Assembly (NCBI GenBank): GCA_027078545.1
Contig: JALWXN010000004.1
Location: 705,100 to 737,099 of the forward strand
Length of the DNA stretch: 32,000 bases
Source: Nitrososphaeria archaeon
Lineage (GTDB): Archaea > Thermoproteota > Nitrososphaeria > Geothermarchaeales > JDFR-13
Direction of reading: 5' to 3'
Made by a program: the position numbers and the translations under genes. A model generated the notes under the pieces. The model saw nothing but the letters and a program-made list of their open reading frames with translations. It was not told where the DNA came from and did not search any database. Positions 16,117 through 24,644 of this stretch are shown piece after piece. The first letter of the stretch is position 1, and each line of letters opens with the position of its first letter.

Positions 16117-16926
16117 ATGCCTGGGGTCTCGGCCGAGACCTACAGCTTCATGGATGGCTCGGGAGTAGACTACTTGGCGGATAACCTGGGAGAGTTTAGC
16201 GACTTGATGGATAAGGTTGATGTTATACGTGGCTCATTCACACTGGAGGGTAACAGCTTCAGCATAGAGGTAGAGATGGCTGATAAGCCCCTAGTGGGGG
16301 CCGAGGCGAGCAGCTATGCAAGCAACGCCTCAGGCCTACTGATGCGCATACTGATGATGTTCAGGATGGATGGACCCGGCGGCGAGGCTGTTGACCTAAG
16401 CGTCAGAACCCTATATACCTATAGCGAGGCACCCAGTGGGGATGGCTACGTGTTCACAACCTTCTACTGGGAGCTGCTGGTTGACTACTATAGGGTCGAC
16501 GAGGGTTATGGCAACTACAGCGTCATGGGCAATACGATGATCTTCGCTGGCGAGGCTACAAACACATCTATACTAGACGGCTCGACACCGAACCTGCTGA
16601 ACGTCACAGCCCTATTCAACTGGCAGGGTATCTACCTAGCTGTGGACTATGCAGGGGAGGGATGGGAAGCTCCCGACACCGCGCCTGTAGACACACCCGT
16701 CGTGGATCCCGACACGACGCCGGGAGTAGTCGATGATACAGACCAGGGAGTACCTAGTGATACTGATGATGCTGTGGAAGATAGTCAGGAGAAAGGTGGA
16801 GAGGAGAAAACTGGTGTGGAGACGGGTGATACGGGTATGTGGATACTCATCGGACTAGTGGCGGTTGGAATTGTAGGTGCCGGTGTAGCGCTTTACATCC
16901 TGAGGAGTGGTGGGCTATCCAAGTAG
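16117..16926 (+). CDS. Hypothetical cell-surface protein (acidic Thr/Pro/Asp stalk + C-terminal TM anchor); 5' end unresolved
   Basis: 269-aa ORF from ATG 16117. It has a stalk (PDTAPVDTPVVDPDTTPGVVDDTD) and a C-terminal helix (MWILIGLVAVGIVGAGVALYIL). The in-frame upstream sequence encodes a signal peptide but has no canonical start codon (see findings). Confidence 0.6.
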   Translation: MPGVSAETYSFMDGSGVDYLADNLGEFSDLMDKVDVIRGSFTLEGNSFSIEVEMADKPLVGAEASSYASNASGLLMRILMMFRMDGPGGEAVDLSVRTLYTYSEAPSGDGYVFTTFYWELLVDYYRVDEGYGNYSVMGNTMIFAGEATNTSILDGSTPNLLNVTALFNWQGIYLAVDYAGEGWEAPDTAPVDTPVVDPDTTPGVVDDTDQGVPSDTDDAVEDSQEKGGEEKTGVETGDTGMWILIGLVAVGIVGAGVALYILRSGGLSK

Positions 16927-17517
16927 CCTAGCCATATACTCCTCAAGCCCCTTGAAGATCATCTCAGCAGCTATCGAGGCAACTATTATCGACATTAGGC
17001 GGCCGAACGTCTTTATAACTCCTGGCCCCAGTATGCTGTAAAGCTTATCAACATACCTAAGCATCAGGTAGGTAGCCCCCACGACTAAGTAGCCAGCAAG
17101 GAGGACTAGATATACGGGGTAGACCGTTGTTAGGAGGATCAGGGTCGTTATCGTGCCCGGCCCGACTAGCAGGGGTGTGGATATAGGCACCACCGCCATC
17201 TCCTCTGGCGAGATCTTCTTAGCCTTTGGCAGGCCGCCGAGCATATCTATGGCTATCGCCATGAGCAGGACTCCACCGCCTATACGTGTAGCCGCTACAC
17301 TCACGCCGAAGAACATCAGGATGTAGGCCCCTCCAATGGTGAATACGGTTATCAATACTGCGCATACAAGGGCTATGCTCCTCACGATCCTCAGGTGCCT
17401 ATCACGGTCGAGGCCGGACATGAAGCTGAGGTATAGGGGTAGGATCCCAGGTGGATCCATGATGGCGAAGATCTGTATGAAGGCCGTGGCCAGCGCTATA
17501 AAAGTCACCGGGTCCAT
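16915..17517 (-). CDS. MarC-family (UPF0056) integral membrane protein
   Basis: From ATG 17517 the product starts MDPVTFIALATAFIQIFAIMDPPGILPLYLSF, typical of the MarC family, and has 6 TM segments. The ORF track extends to 17682, but those extra 55 aa are Cys/Pro-rich and overlap the divergent oxidase gene. Confidence 0.8.
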   Translation of the reverse strand: MDPVTFIALATAFIQIFAIMDPPGILPLYLSFMSGLDRDRHLRIVRSIALVCAVLITVFTIGGAYILMFFGVSVAATRIGGGVLLMAIAIDMLGGLPKAKKISPEEMAVVPISTPLLVGPGTITTLILLTTVYPVYLVLLAGYLVVGATYLMLRYVDKLYSILGPGVIKTFGRLMSIIVASIAAEMIFKGLEEYMARLLG

Positions 17518-17670
17518 GATACACCACTCCCTGGGCCCATGGCGTTGATACGGATGATTAGTAATTAAATCATCCCCTGGGCATGGTTTAGAAAACATAT
17601 ACTCCAAAGGTCTTAGGGATATACCATATATACAGATAGGGAGGAAGTATATACATGCGGGGGGTTCGAG

Positions 17671-18231
17671 ATGGAGGTCCAATGGGCCGTCGAGATGTTC
17701 TACTACAGCCTCATAACGACCTACACCATAGTCATCCTACTATTCATCTACAAGACCCGTAAACCCCCCAAGATATCGACCGACGGCGGAGTCCACCAGG
17801 GGATGGATAGGCGGGAGAAGATATGGATGTACAGCCTGATAACAGTGGCAATAATAGGCAACATAATCTTCTTTAGTCCACTCATACCATCGATGCAGTA
17901 CAACATCTACCTTGACGAGGAGCCTGTGAAGACAATCGTGATAAGGATGGAGGACCATAGATTCATCCTGCCTGAGGAGCCTATAGTCATACCCCTGGGC
18001 GAGCCTGTGGAGTTCAAGGTGTATAGCGAGGATCTTACCTATGGCTTCGGGGTCTTCAGGGAGGATGGTATGCTAGTCTTCCAGATGCAGGTCGTGCCCG
18101 GCTATGAGAATAGGCTGGTCTGGATATTCACCGAGCCTGGCAACTACACGATCAGGAGTACTGAGTACAGTGGGCCGGAGCATCCCTACATGTATATCGA
18201 GGACGCGATAGTCGTGGAGGAGGTGGGTTAG
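17671..18231 (+). CDS. Heme-copper oxidase subunit II-like cupredoxin protein without a CuA site
   Basis: Two N-terminal TM helices plus a cupredoxin domain that can be aligned by eye to ba3-type subunit II. The CuA ligands are replaced: TYGFGV for xHGFxV, and S-x3-S-x3-H-x2-M (RSTEYSGPEHPYM) for C-x3-C-x3-H-x2-M. Confidence 0.75.
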   Translation: MEVQWAVEMFYYSLITTYTIVILLFIYKTRKPPKISTDGGVHQGMDRREKIWMYSLITVAIIGNIIFFSPLIPSMQYNIYLDEEPVKTIVIRMEDHRFILPEEPIVIPLGEPVEFKVYSEDLTYGFGVFREDGMLVFQMQVVPGYENRLVWIFTEPGNYTIRSTEYSGPEHPYMYIEDAIVVEEVG

Positions 18232-18232
18232 C

Positions 18233-19765
18233 ATGGGGCCTAGGGAGAAGCTAGCCCTTAAATACGTCTTGGCAGGGGTCTTCTGGCTAGGCGTCGCAGG
18301 TATAGAGGGCATATTAATGAGGCTCAGGATACTTAACCTCCTCACCGAGATCTATACACCTGAGCATTACTACGCCATGATGACTGTCCACCCCTTTGTA
18401 GGCATATATGGCTGGGCCTACATGGCCGTCATGGGTGCCTTCTACTACCTAGTCCCGGTCGTGCTTAAGAAGGATCTCTATAGTGAGTGGGTCGCCAACC
18501 TGGCCTGGTATGTGATGATGGCCGGTGTATTGATAACCTGGCTCTCAGGCTTCCTATTCAGCTATAGCCCCCTATACACGCTCTACTGGCCCCTACCAGT
18601 CGTTGAGTATAACGGTATCCAGCAGATAGTCTTCGGCTTCGGCAGCGCACTCATCTTCATCTCCGTACTCATGTTCTTCTTCAACATGTTCGCCACGATC
18701 TTCCTCCCCCAGAGGGGCGCGGGTGGAGCTGGCTACGTGGCTAAGGAGCTCCTCACACTCGCCTTCAACCTTGATAAGCTGAAGGCTAAGACGAAGGGTA
18801 TTAAGGAGTATCTACCAAGGGTGAATAACTACCCAGTCTTCGTAGTGGGCGTCTTCAGGGGCTGTGTAGACACCACTCTTAACGCTATTGTCCTACTACT
18901 AGTATCCCTCACGATAGGTGTCTATGGGATAACGGAGGTTCTGGGCAACGAGCTGAGCCCCAGCCTTATAGACCCGCTTATCTATAAGAACGTCTTCTGG
19001 TGGGGCCTCGACCTCATAGCGGATGGCAACGTCCTCATCTTCACAGCGGCAACCTGGTACTTCCTGGTCCCACTACTTACTAACCAGCCACTATTCGGGG
19101 AGAACGTGGTTAGGAGCGTGATCCTGGCCGACCTCGTGATAAGCCTCTTCGTCTGGAACCACCACATGATGAGTGATACTCCACAGCCACTATTCCTACT
19201 CGTCCAGGGCCAGATATTCACATGGGGTGAGTTGATAACCATGGGGCTAACCATGTTCGCCGTGCTGATGACGATCTGGAGGGCTAGGCCGGTAGAGTAT
19301 AGCCCAGCCCTACTGGCGATAGTCCTCTCGATCCTCGGCTACGCCATGGGTGGCTCGGCAGGTATGATACAGGCCAACATAGCTATGAACAGGTATTTCC
19401 ACAATACCCAGTGGGTCATAGGTATACATGGCCATATCCAGCTACTGGCTGGTCTTAGCCTAACGATCTTCGCGGCGATCTACGCACTAGCCCCGATCCT
19501 CACTGGTAAGGAGATGGATAGGAGGCTGTCATACCTACACATTGTCCTCTTCTTCGTGGGGGCTGTGGTGATGGGTCTGAGTCAGGGAGCGGCTGGGGCC
19601 GCTGGTATGCTTAGGAGGACGCTGTACTTCAACGGTGAGTACGCTGGATACATGACTGTTGCCGCCATCGGGTCCTTCCTAATGGCGGTAGGCTTCCTAA
19701 TATTCCTATACAACTTCGTCAAGACCTACGGCTTCAAGAGTGTGATAGAGGTTCTAAAGCCATAG
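18233..19765 (+). CDS. Heme-copper oxidase superfamily subunit I, atypical active site
   Basis: About 12-13 TM segments. Present: helix-II His (TVHPF), WNHHMM and HNTQWVIGIHGH, resembling B-family subunit I. The helix-VI FWW-GHPxVY motif reads FWWGLDLIADGN, and there is no His anywhere between TVHPF and WNHH. Confidence 0.85.
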   Translation: MGPREKLALKYVLAGVFWLGVAGIEGILMRLRILNLLTEIYTPEHYYAMMTVHPFVGIYGWAYMAVMGAFYYLVPVVLKKDLYSEWVANLAWYVMMAGVLITWLSGFLFSYSPLYTLYWPLPVVEYNGIQQIVFGFGSALIFISVLMFFFNMFATIFLPQRGAGGAGYVAKELLTLAFNLDKLKAKTKGIKEYLPRVNNYPVFVVGVFRGCVDTTLNAIVLLLVSLTIGVYGITEVLGNELSPSLIDPLIYKNVFWWGLDLIADGNVLIFTAATWYFLVPLLTNQPLFGENVVRSVILADLVISLFVWNHHMMSDTPQPLFLLVQGQIFTWGELITMGLTMFAVLMTIWRARPVEYSPALLAIVLSILGYAMGGSAGMIQANIAMNRYFHNTQWVIGIHGHIQLLAGLSLTIFAAIYALAPILTGKEMDRRLSYLHIVLFFVGAVVMGLSQGAAGAAGMLRRTLYFNGEYAGYMTVAAIGSFLMAVGFLIFLYNFVKTYGFKSVIEVLKP

Positions 19766-19782
19766 CCTCCCACCCCTACCCA

Positions 19783-19788
19783 TTTTTT
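19783..19788 (+). terminator. Oligo-T terminator candidate after the oxidase operon
   Basis: T6 run 18 nt after the TAG at 19763-19765, preceded by a C-rich tract. Confidence 0.4.
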
Positions 19789-19815
19789 ATCACATGTATT
19801 ATCGGGTATCGAGCC

Positions 19816-19827
19816 CCCTTTATTCCC
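19816..19827 (+). promoter_or_regulatory. Putative BRE/TATA element (CCCTTTATTCCC) for the HTH_10 regulator gene
   Basis: TTTATT core about 36-39 nt upstream of GTG 19857 / ATG 19860. The 12-mer is identical to the one at 2604-2615. Confidence 0.3.
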
Positions 19828-19856
19828 CACCTCTATAGAGATATGTATATGAGCCT

Positions 19857-20456
19857 GTGATGAGTATATCCGAGGTCTCGATAGATATTGCTAGGAGCAG
19901 GTGTAGGCTCTACAGGAAGTATGGGAGCCGTATAAAGATCCTGTCGATCACGAATAATGGGGAGCGTATCATCCACCTCGTCACATGTCCAAAGGACCTG
20001 GTGGGTAATATCAGGGATGAGGAGGATCTCAAGGTACTGGGTCTAAACCTCGTCGATAACGAGGCGAGTGTATGGTGCCTATCCAGGGGCTGCGATGTAT
20101 GTAAGCCGCTTGTGGATGAGGGCTGTATAATCCTGGATGGCTATATAGGGCAGGACGGCTCGATGAACATAACCTTCCTATCCCCCAGCGACAAGACTAC
20201 TGAGAAGATCTTCAGGATCTATAGGGAGCTGGGTATCGAGTATGAGGTGAGGTATACGAGGAGGTATGGGAAGAGTAGGATACTGACCGATAGGCAGGAG
20301 CAGGTCCTATACCTGGCGTATAAAATGGGGTTCTTCGACTTCCCCAGGAAGACCTCGCTGAAGGAGCTGAGTGAGATACTGGGTATTAAGGAGGCGACCC
20401 TCAGCGAGATCCTGAGGAGGGGTGTGAAGAAGGTTATCCAGGAATACTTCAAATAG
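19857..20456 (+). CDS. Transcriptional regulator with C-terminal HTH_10 (Bat-type) DNA-binding domain and Cys-rich N-terminal domain
   Basis: The C-terminus LTDRQEQVLYLAYKMGFFDFPRKTSLKELSEILGIKEATLSEILRRGVKKV matches the HTH_10 pattern. The N-terminal domain carries C-x4-C-x2-C-x7-C (WCLSRGCDVCKPLVDEGC). Confidence 0.8.
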   Translation: MMSISEVSIDIARSRCRLYRKYGSRIKILSITNNGERIIHLVTCPKDLVGNIRDEEDLKVLGLNLVDNEASVWCLSRGCDVCKPLVDEGCIILDGYIGQDGSMNITFLSPSDKTTEKIFRIYRELGIEYEVRYTRRYGKSRILTDRQEQVLYLAYKMGFFDFPRKTSLKELSEILGIKEATLSEILRRGVKKVIQEYFK

Positions 20457-20554
20457 GCTCTACAGAGAATCTATAAAGTTTTAACTATTGCCACTCCTCC
20501 CCAGGATGTATAAACAGTCTGGTTAAATATTATGGCCCCCACTTATCTCGGCTC

Positions 20555-21112
20555 ATGAGCCGGGGAGATGGGCTTAGGTATGGACTCCTAGCCAGCATAG
20601 CAGCCTTCATAATTATCGAGTACCTCTTGATACAGGTCTTCCTATACGGTGTCTACACCCCCTATGCCTGGCCAAACATAATACTCATCTCGAGCCTCAT
20701 ACCCATAGGGCTTGTAGCCTATATAGGCTATCTATCCTGGCTGGTTGAGGGTAGGGATGTGTTTAAATACGCCAGTGCACTGGCCCTCCTGCTTGGCTCG
20801 GCCTCCATCGCCACTGGCTATATGGGGGAGCCGGTATCCCTATACCTCCTCTTCACCGCATACTTCACCGAGGTTGTCGTCGGGCCCTTCCTCATGAGGG
20901 GGTTCGAGACCTATGACTGGCTAGGTGCCAGGCTCTTCCTGGTCGGTATCATGGGCTTCGTCCTCAGCCTCCCACTGGTCTCACTGGCGAACGAGTTTGC
21001 CCTTGTACCCTTCGCCGCCAACCTGTTGAAGGGATATGGACTCATAAGGATCTATCTAAAGGCTGTTGAGAAGCCTATACCTGTTGAGGAGGCGGTCGAG
21101 GCGGTTGCCTAG
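20555..21112 (+). CDS. Hypothetical integral membrane protein (5-6 TM)
   Basis: 185-aa ORF, almost entirely hydrophobic segments. No family recognised. Confidence 0.5.
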   Translation: MSRGDGLRYGLLASIAAFIIIEYLLIQVFLYGVYTPYAWPNIILISSLIPIGLVAYIGYLSWLVEGRDVFKYASALALLLGSASIATGYMGEPVSLYLLFTAYFTEVVVGPFLMRGFETYDWLGARLFLVGIMGFVLSLPLVSLANEFALVPFAANLLKGYGLIRIYLKAVEKPIPVEEAVEAVA

Positions 21113-21954
21113 TGGTGTAGGCTGGCCTCCAACATACCCGTCTTCCTGACCAACCTCTCCACCAGCCTGAAGTATAGGTATGTTATGACTATCGTGGCTA
21201 GGGTCTTGATCACGAGCAGTGTCCATAGACCCCCTATATCCCCGGGTATGTAGCTGGGGTTTAGGTAGTGCCTCATAAGCTCCATCCACTCAACCATTGG
21301 GAAGATGTGTGCCAGGGGCTGTAGCCAGGGCGGGAGTGCAGATACTGGGTATAGCACGGCTCCTAGGAGGAATAGTAGGCCTCCGAAGGACTCGCTTATG
21401 ACTGGACCATACTCGGAGCTGTAGATGCTTAGGCCCGCCACTACTACCCCTATCTGGCTGCTCCAGGCGATGCCTATGAGGAGTAGGATGGCTATGTTGG
21501 GGAGTGTGTCGAGGCTCCCAAGCATTGGGTATCCTATAAGTAGCATTCCCAGCCCCAGCATTGCTAGGGAAGTGGCTAGTCCGACGAGGTAGTGGTATAG
21601 CCCGCGGGAGGTGAGGTATAGCTGTAGGTCTGGGAATGCTAAGTAGGTGTATTTCAGGGTTCTGAAGTGCTCCCTCTCACTATGGATCGTCCATATCACC
21701 CCGTATAGGCCGGAGCCTATATAGTTGAAGAGGGCTATCCCAGAGACCATGTAGAAGGCCGCCTCTGGACTGGTTATCCCTGATAGGTGGGCCACAGCTA
21801 TGTAGATATAGCCGTATAGAGCCACCTGGAACACGGGGTTTATAAAGATGTAGAGGAGGTATACGGGGAGGCTGGTCCAGTTACTCTGCTCCTTAAAGGT
21901 CAGCCATACGACGGCCAACATCCTCCTTATAATCCCCCACATAGCTATAGCCAC
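21109..21954 (-). CDS. ABC-2-type transporter permease
   Basis: 281 aa with 6 TM segments, downstream of and overlapping a second permease and an ABC ATPase. The topology is typical of ABC-2 exporters. Confidence 0.7.
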   Translation of the reverse strand: MAIAMWGIIRRMLAVVWLTFKEQSNWTSLPVYLLYIFINPVFQVALYGYIYIAVAHLSGITSPEAAFYMVSGIALFNYIGSGLYGVIWTIHSEREHFRTLKYTYLAFPDLQLYLTSRGLYHYLVGLATSLAMLGLGMLLIGYPMLGSLDTLPNIAILLLIGIAWSSQIGVVVAGLSIYSSEYGPVISESFGGLLFLLGAVLYPVSALPPWLQPLAHIFPMVEWMELMRHYLNPSYIPGDIGGLWTLLVIKTLATIVITYLYFRLVERLVRKTGMLEASLHH

Positions 21955-22766
21955 CTCATGATAAGCCTCCCATCCCTCCTCCCCTTCTCAACCATCCTAT
22001 TCAGTATCCATATGCCGAGTGGGAGGAGGATAAGGGTCATTATCCCCAGGCCGGCTAGATGGATATATAGGTTCTCCATTCCCTCTCCAAGGAGTAGGGC
22101 CCTCCTGACACCGTCTAGACCTATGGTGAGTGGTAGTAGGGATGCCACTGCCTGGAGCAGGGTTGGGAAGACGGATATCGGGTAGTACTGGCCGGATAGA
22201 AAGCTTATGGGGTCGCCCAACACCTCGTTTATCCTTATCCCCTTCCTCCCATATACCAGGTGCAGGCTTGAGAACATTAGGCCGAGGCTGTATAGAGCTG
22301 CTAGAGTGAGCAGGAAGACGAGTGTGGCTGGGAGGAGGCCAGCAGCATTGAACTCGGCTCCGAATACGAGTATCCCGATCAGCAGTATGGCTAGGCTCCT
22401 AATACCAGTGTTTAGCATACCGCCTAGCGCCATACCCAGTAGGAGCATGTAGATCGGCCTATTGCTAAGTAGATATACCTCTAGGTTACCAGTCTCCTTC
22501 TCCCAGTATAGTACGTTGCCCATACCCCAGAGCACGTTGAACCAGAAGTTCATCATCATCGTGCCGACCACGACGAAGCCGATGAATATTCGGGGTGCGT
22601 CGAGGTTGTGGTACGCGTATATCACGCTGGCCATGAATATCGTTGGTAGGACAACCTCCCACAGGAGCCATGTCTTCACCCTCATGTTCCCCCTGATCCT
22701 CACCCATGCCCTTGCATAGGCTGGTCTCAGGGCATCAAGTATCCTACTCATCAAGCCCCCTCCCAA
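21945..22766 (-). CDS. ABC-2-type transporter permease
   Basis: 273 aa with 6 TM segments. It overlaps the ATPase gene by 23 nt and the next permease by 10 nt. Confidence 0.7.
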   Translation of the reverse strand: MGGGLMSRILDALRPAYARAWVRIRGNMRVKTWLLWEVVLPTIFMASVIYAYHNLDAPRIFIGFVVVGTMMMNFWFNVLWGMGNVLYWEKETGNLEVYLLSNRPIYMLLLGMALGGMLNTGIRSLAILLIGILVFGAEFNAAGLLPATLVFLLTLAALYSLGLMFSSLHLVYGRKGIRINEVLGDPISFLSGQYYPISVFPTLLQAVASLLPLTIGLDGVRRALLLGEGMENLYIHLAGLGIMTLILLPLGIWILNRMVEKGRRDGRLIMRWL

Positions 22767-23748
22767 CCAGCTTTAGGAAGACGTCCTCCAGACTGATCTC
22801 ATCCCTCACGATCCTCCTAACCCTATACATCTTCCTCTCTAGGAGGCTGATCACCCTGGAGATGTCTTCATAAGCCATTATGATCCTAAGCCTAGCCTCT
22901 CCAGGTACGTTGCTCAGCCTTACCTTGTAGCCGATTACGCTGTCGAGCTCCCTCAGAAAGTCTAGGTTTCCATTACTCCCCTGTAGGGTCAGTTCATATA
23001 TTACGTGGCTACTGACCCTCTCCTTCAACTCCTCGACAGTTCCCTCCTCAATTATTCTGCCCCGATGTATGATCGCTACCCTGTCACACAGCTCCTCCAC
23101 CTCGTGCATATAGTGGCTGGTCAGTAGGATAGTCTCTATATACCCCTCGTCCACCAGGCGTCTGATCAGCCTCCTTATAGACCTAGCGTTCTCAACATCG
23201 AGGCCTAGGGTCGGCTCATCTAGGAAGAGTATCCTCGGATTGTTTAGGAGTCCCCTGGCGAGGCTATATTTTTGAACCATCCCCGTGGAGAGCTCGTTGA
23301 GCCTCTTATTCATAAACTCGTCCAGTCCTATCAGCTGGGAGACCTCCTCCACCCTCCTCTCCGCCTCTCTCCGGCTATAGCCGTATAGCATAGCATAGTA
23401 GATCAGGTTCTCTCTAGTAGTGAGTATCCCGTAGCCCGGCCTCTCACCACCCGAGACAAGGTTTATTATACTCCTGACCTTGGACGCCTCTCTAACTACG
23501 TGGTATCCACCTACATATGCGTCTCCCGAGGTGGGTAGTAGGAGTGTGGATAGGATCCTTATCAACGTTGTCTTCCCCGCCCCGTTGGGGCCGAGTAGGC
23601 CATATATCATCCCGCTGGGTATCTCCAGGTTGACCCCGTCGAGGGCCCTGAAGACACCCTTACTCGTCTTGAACTCCCTGACGAGGTCTATCGTCTTTAT
23701 AGCCGTCTCCAAGGGGCTCCACCAATATATAGTGGCTATGGAGGCCAT
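22744..23748 (-). CDS. ABC transporter ATP-binding protein (DrrA/ABC-2 exporter type)
   Basis: Walker A GPNGAGKTT, signature LSTGMVQK, Walker B ILFLDEPTLGLD and an H-loop in LLTSHYMHE. Confidence 0.9.
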   Translation of the reverse strand: MASIATIYWWSPLETAIKTIDLVREFKTSKGVFRALDGVNLEIPSGMIYGLLGPNGAGKTTLIRILSTLLLPTSGDAYVGGYHVVREASKVRSIINLVSGGERPGYGILTTRENLIYYAMLYGYSRREAERRVEEVSQLIGLDEFMNKRLNELSTGMVQKYSLARGLLNNPRILFLDEPTLGLDVENARSIRRLIRRLVDEGYIETILLTSHYMHEVEELCDRVAIIHRGRIIEEGTVEELKERVSSHVIYELTLQGSNGNLDFLRELDSVIGYKVRLSNVPGEARLRIIMAYEDISRVISLLERKMYRVRRIVRDEISLEDVFLKLVGRGLDE

Positions 23749-23766
23749 GCTTGATTAATATATGGT

Positions 23767-24531
23767 CTATCCACCCCTCATCTCTGGTGGGTATAGGTCT
23801 CTGTAGAGGCATTTATCAGGCTCTATCACCAGGTCGCGCCATGTCCCCTCTCCCAGTATGTCTAGTCCCCTTACCAGTGCCCCGGGCCTCGACTCGCTCC
23901 CCTCACCCATGACTAGGTGTGCCGCCGAGGCTATCTCATCCGCCAGGTTTAGGACTGTGTACTCTATCCTCCGGCCATACATGTCCTTCTCGCCCCTATA
24001 GTCCCTCAGGGGCTTGATCCCGGCTATATCCACTGCGTATGCCCTGGTACCCATCCTGAGGGGGTATACTACGCTGTCCGTTATAACAACGCCTATCTCG
24101 ACCTCCAGCCTATGCATAACCACATTCCTAATCTCGTTGGCCACCCCCCTTAGTAGGTGTGGCGGTAGGGCGGCCCTCCCATGCCCAATGTTCTTCCTAT
24201 CTATCCCCGCGTTGGCCGTCAATACGCCGCCTGTATAGGTCAGTATGACTCCCTCCACGCCTCCTAGTATGGCGTCGGAGTATTCAGTGACTAGCTGGGC
24301 CATCCTTGGGTCTACACGGTATTCCTCGGCGAGCATTATGGCATATTTACTTAGTAGCACCTTGTTCAGCTCTACATACATCTCCCTAGCCATTAGGAGG
24401 GGTTTCGAGGCCAGTACAAGTATGTCTCCATCCTGTATCATTGTCCTGAGCCTATCCACAAGCTTGTCGAGGAACTCTCTCCACCCAGGCTCTACACGCA
24501 TCTCGATGGGTATGATGCTTATCCCATCCAT
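23767..24531 (-). CDS. CofE-family protein (F420-0:gamma-glutamyl ligase-like)
   Basis: Family-like blocks LVLASKPL, TANAGIDRKN, VVITDSVVYPLRMGTRAYAV and LNLADEIASAAHLVMGEGSESRPGALVRG. The substrate is not inferable from sequence alone. Confidence 0.7.
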   Translation of the reverse strand: MDGISIIPIEMRVEPGWREFLDKLVDRLRTMIQDGDILVLASKPLLMAREMYVELNKVLLSKYAIMLAEEYRVDPRMAQLVTEYSDAILGGVEGVILTYTGGVLTANAGIDRKNIGHGRAALPPHLLRGVANEIRNVVMHRLEVEIGVVITDSVVYPLRMGTRAYAVDIAGIKPLRDYRGEKDMYGRRIEYTVLNLADEIASAAHLVMGEGSESRPGALVRGLDILGEGTWRDLVIEPDKCLYRDLYPPEMRGG

Positions 24532-24644
24532 CCCATTGCACCGGATACTGGATTGGTCGTCGCCACATTATATGTTATATACGGCGGCCAGAAATCGTAT
24601 TATAAATCTTCTCTTGACTTGGGCATGGATATGGGTGTCTAGGG

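Noticed and set aside
17518-17682. 55-aa N-terminal extension of the MarC-family ORF (track start 17682)
   Set aside because: The extension is Cys/Pro-rich and non-membrane. It overlaps the divergent oxidase subunit II start and would eliminate the shared promoter region. The MarC-family N-terminus begins at the internal Met (17517).
2604-19827. Identical 12-mer CCCTTTATTCCC at 2604-2615 and 19816-19827, considered as a dispersed repeat or mobile-element remnant
   Set aside because: Tens of identical 12-mer pairs are expected by chance in 32 kb, and the flanks do not extend the match. I kept it only as two similar promoter cores because both lie about 30-39 nt upstream of start codons.
19855-19880. 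GUGAUGA (perfect C-box-like heptamer) at 19856-19862
   Set aside because: It coincides with the GTG/ATG start of the regulator gene. No CUGA follows at the required 12-nt spacing, and there is no matching D box or terminal stem.
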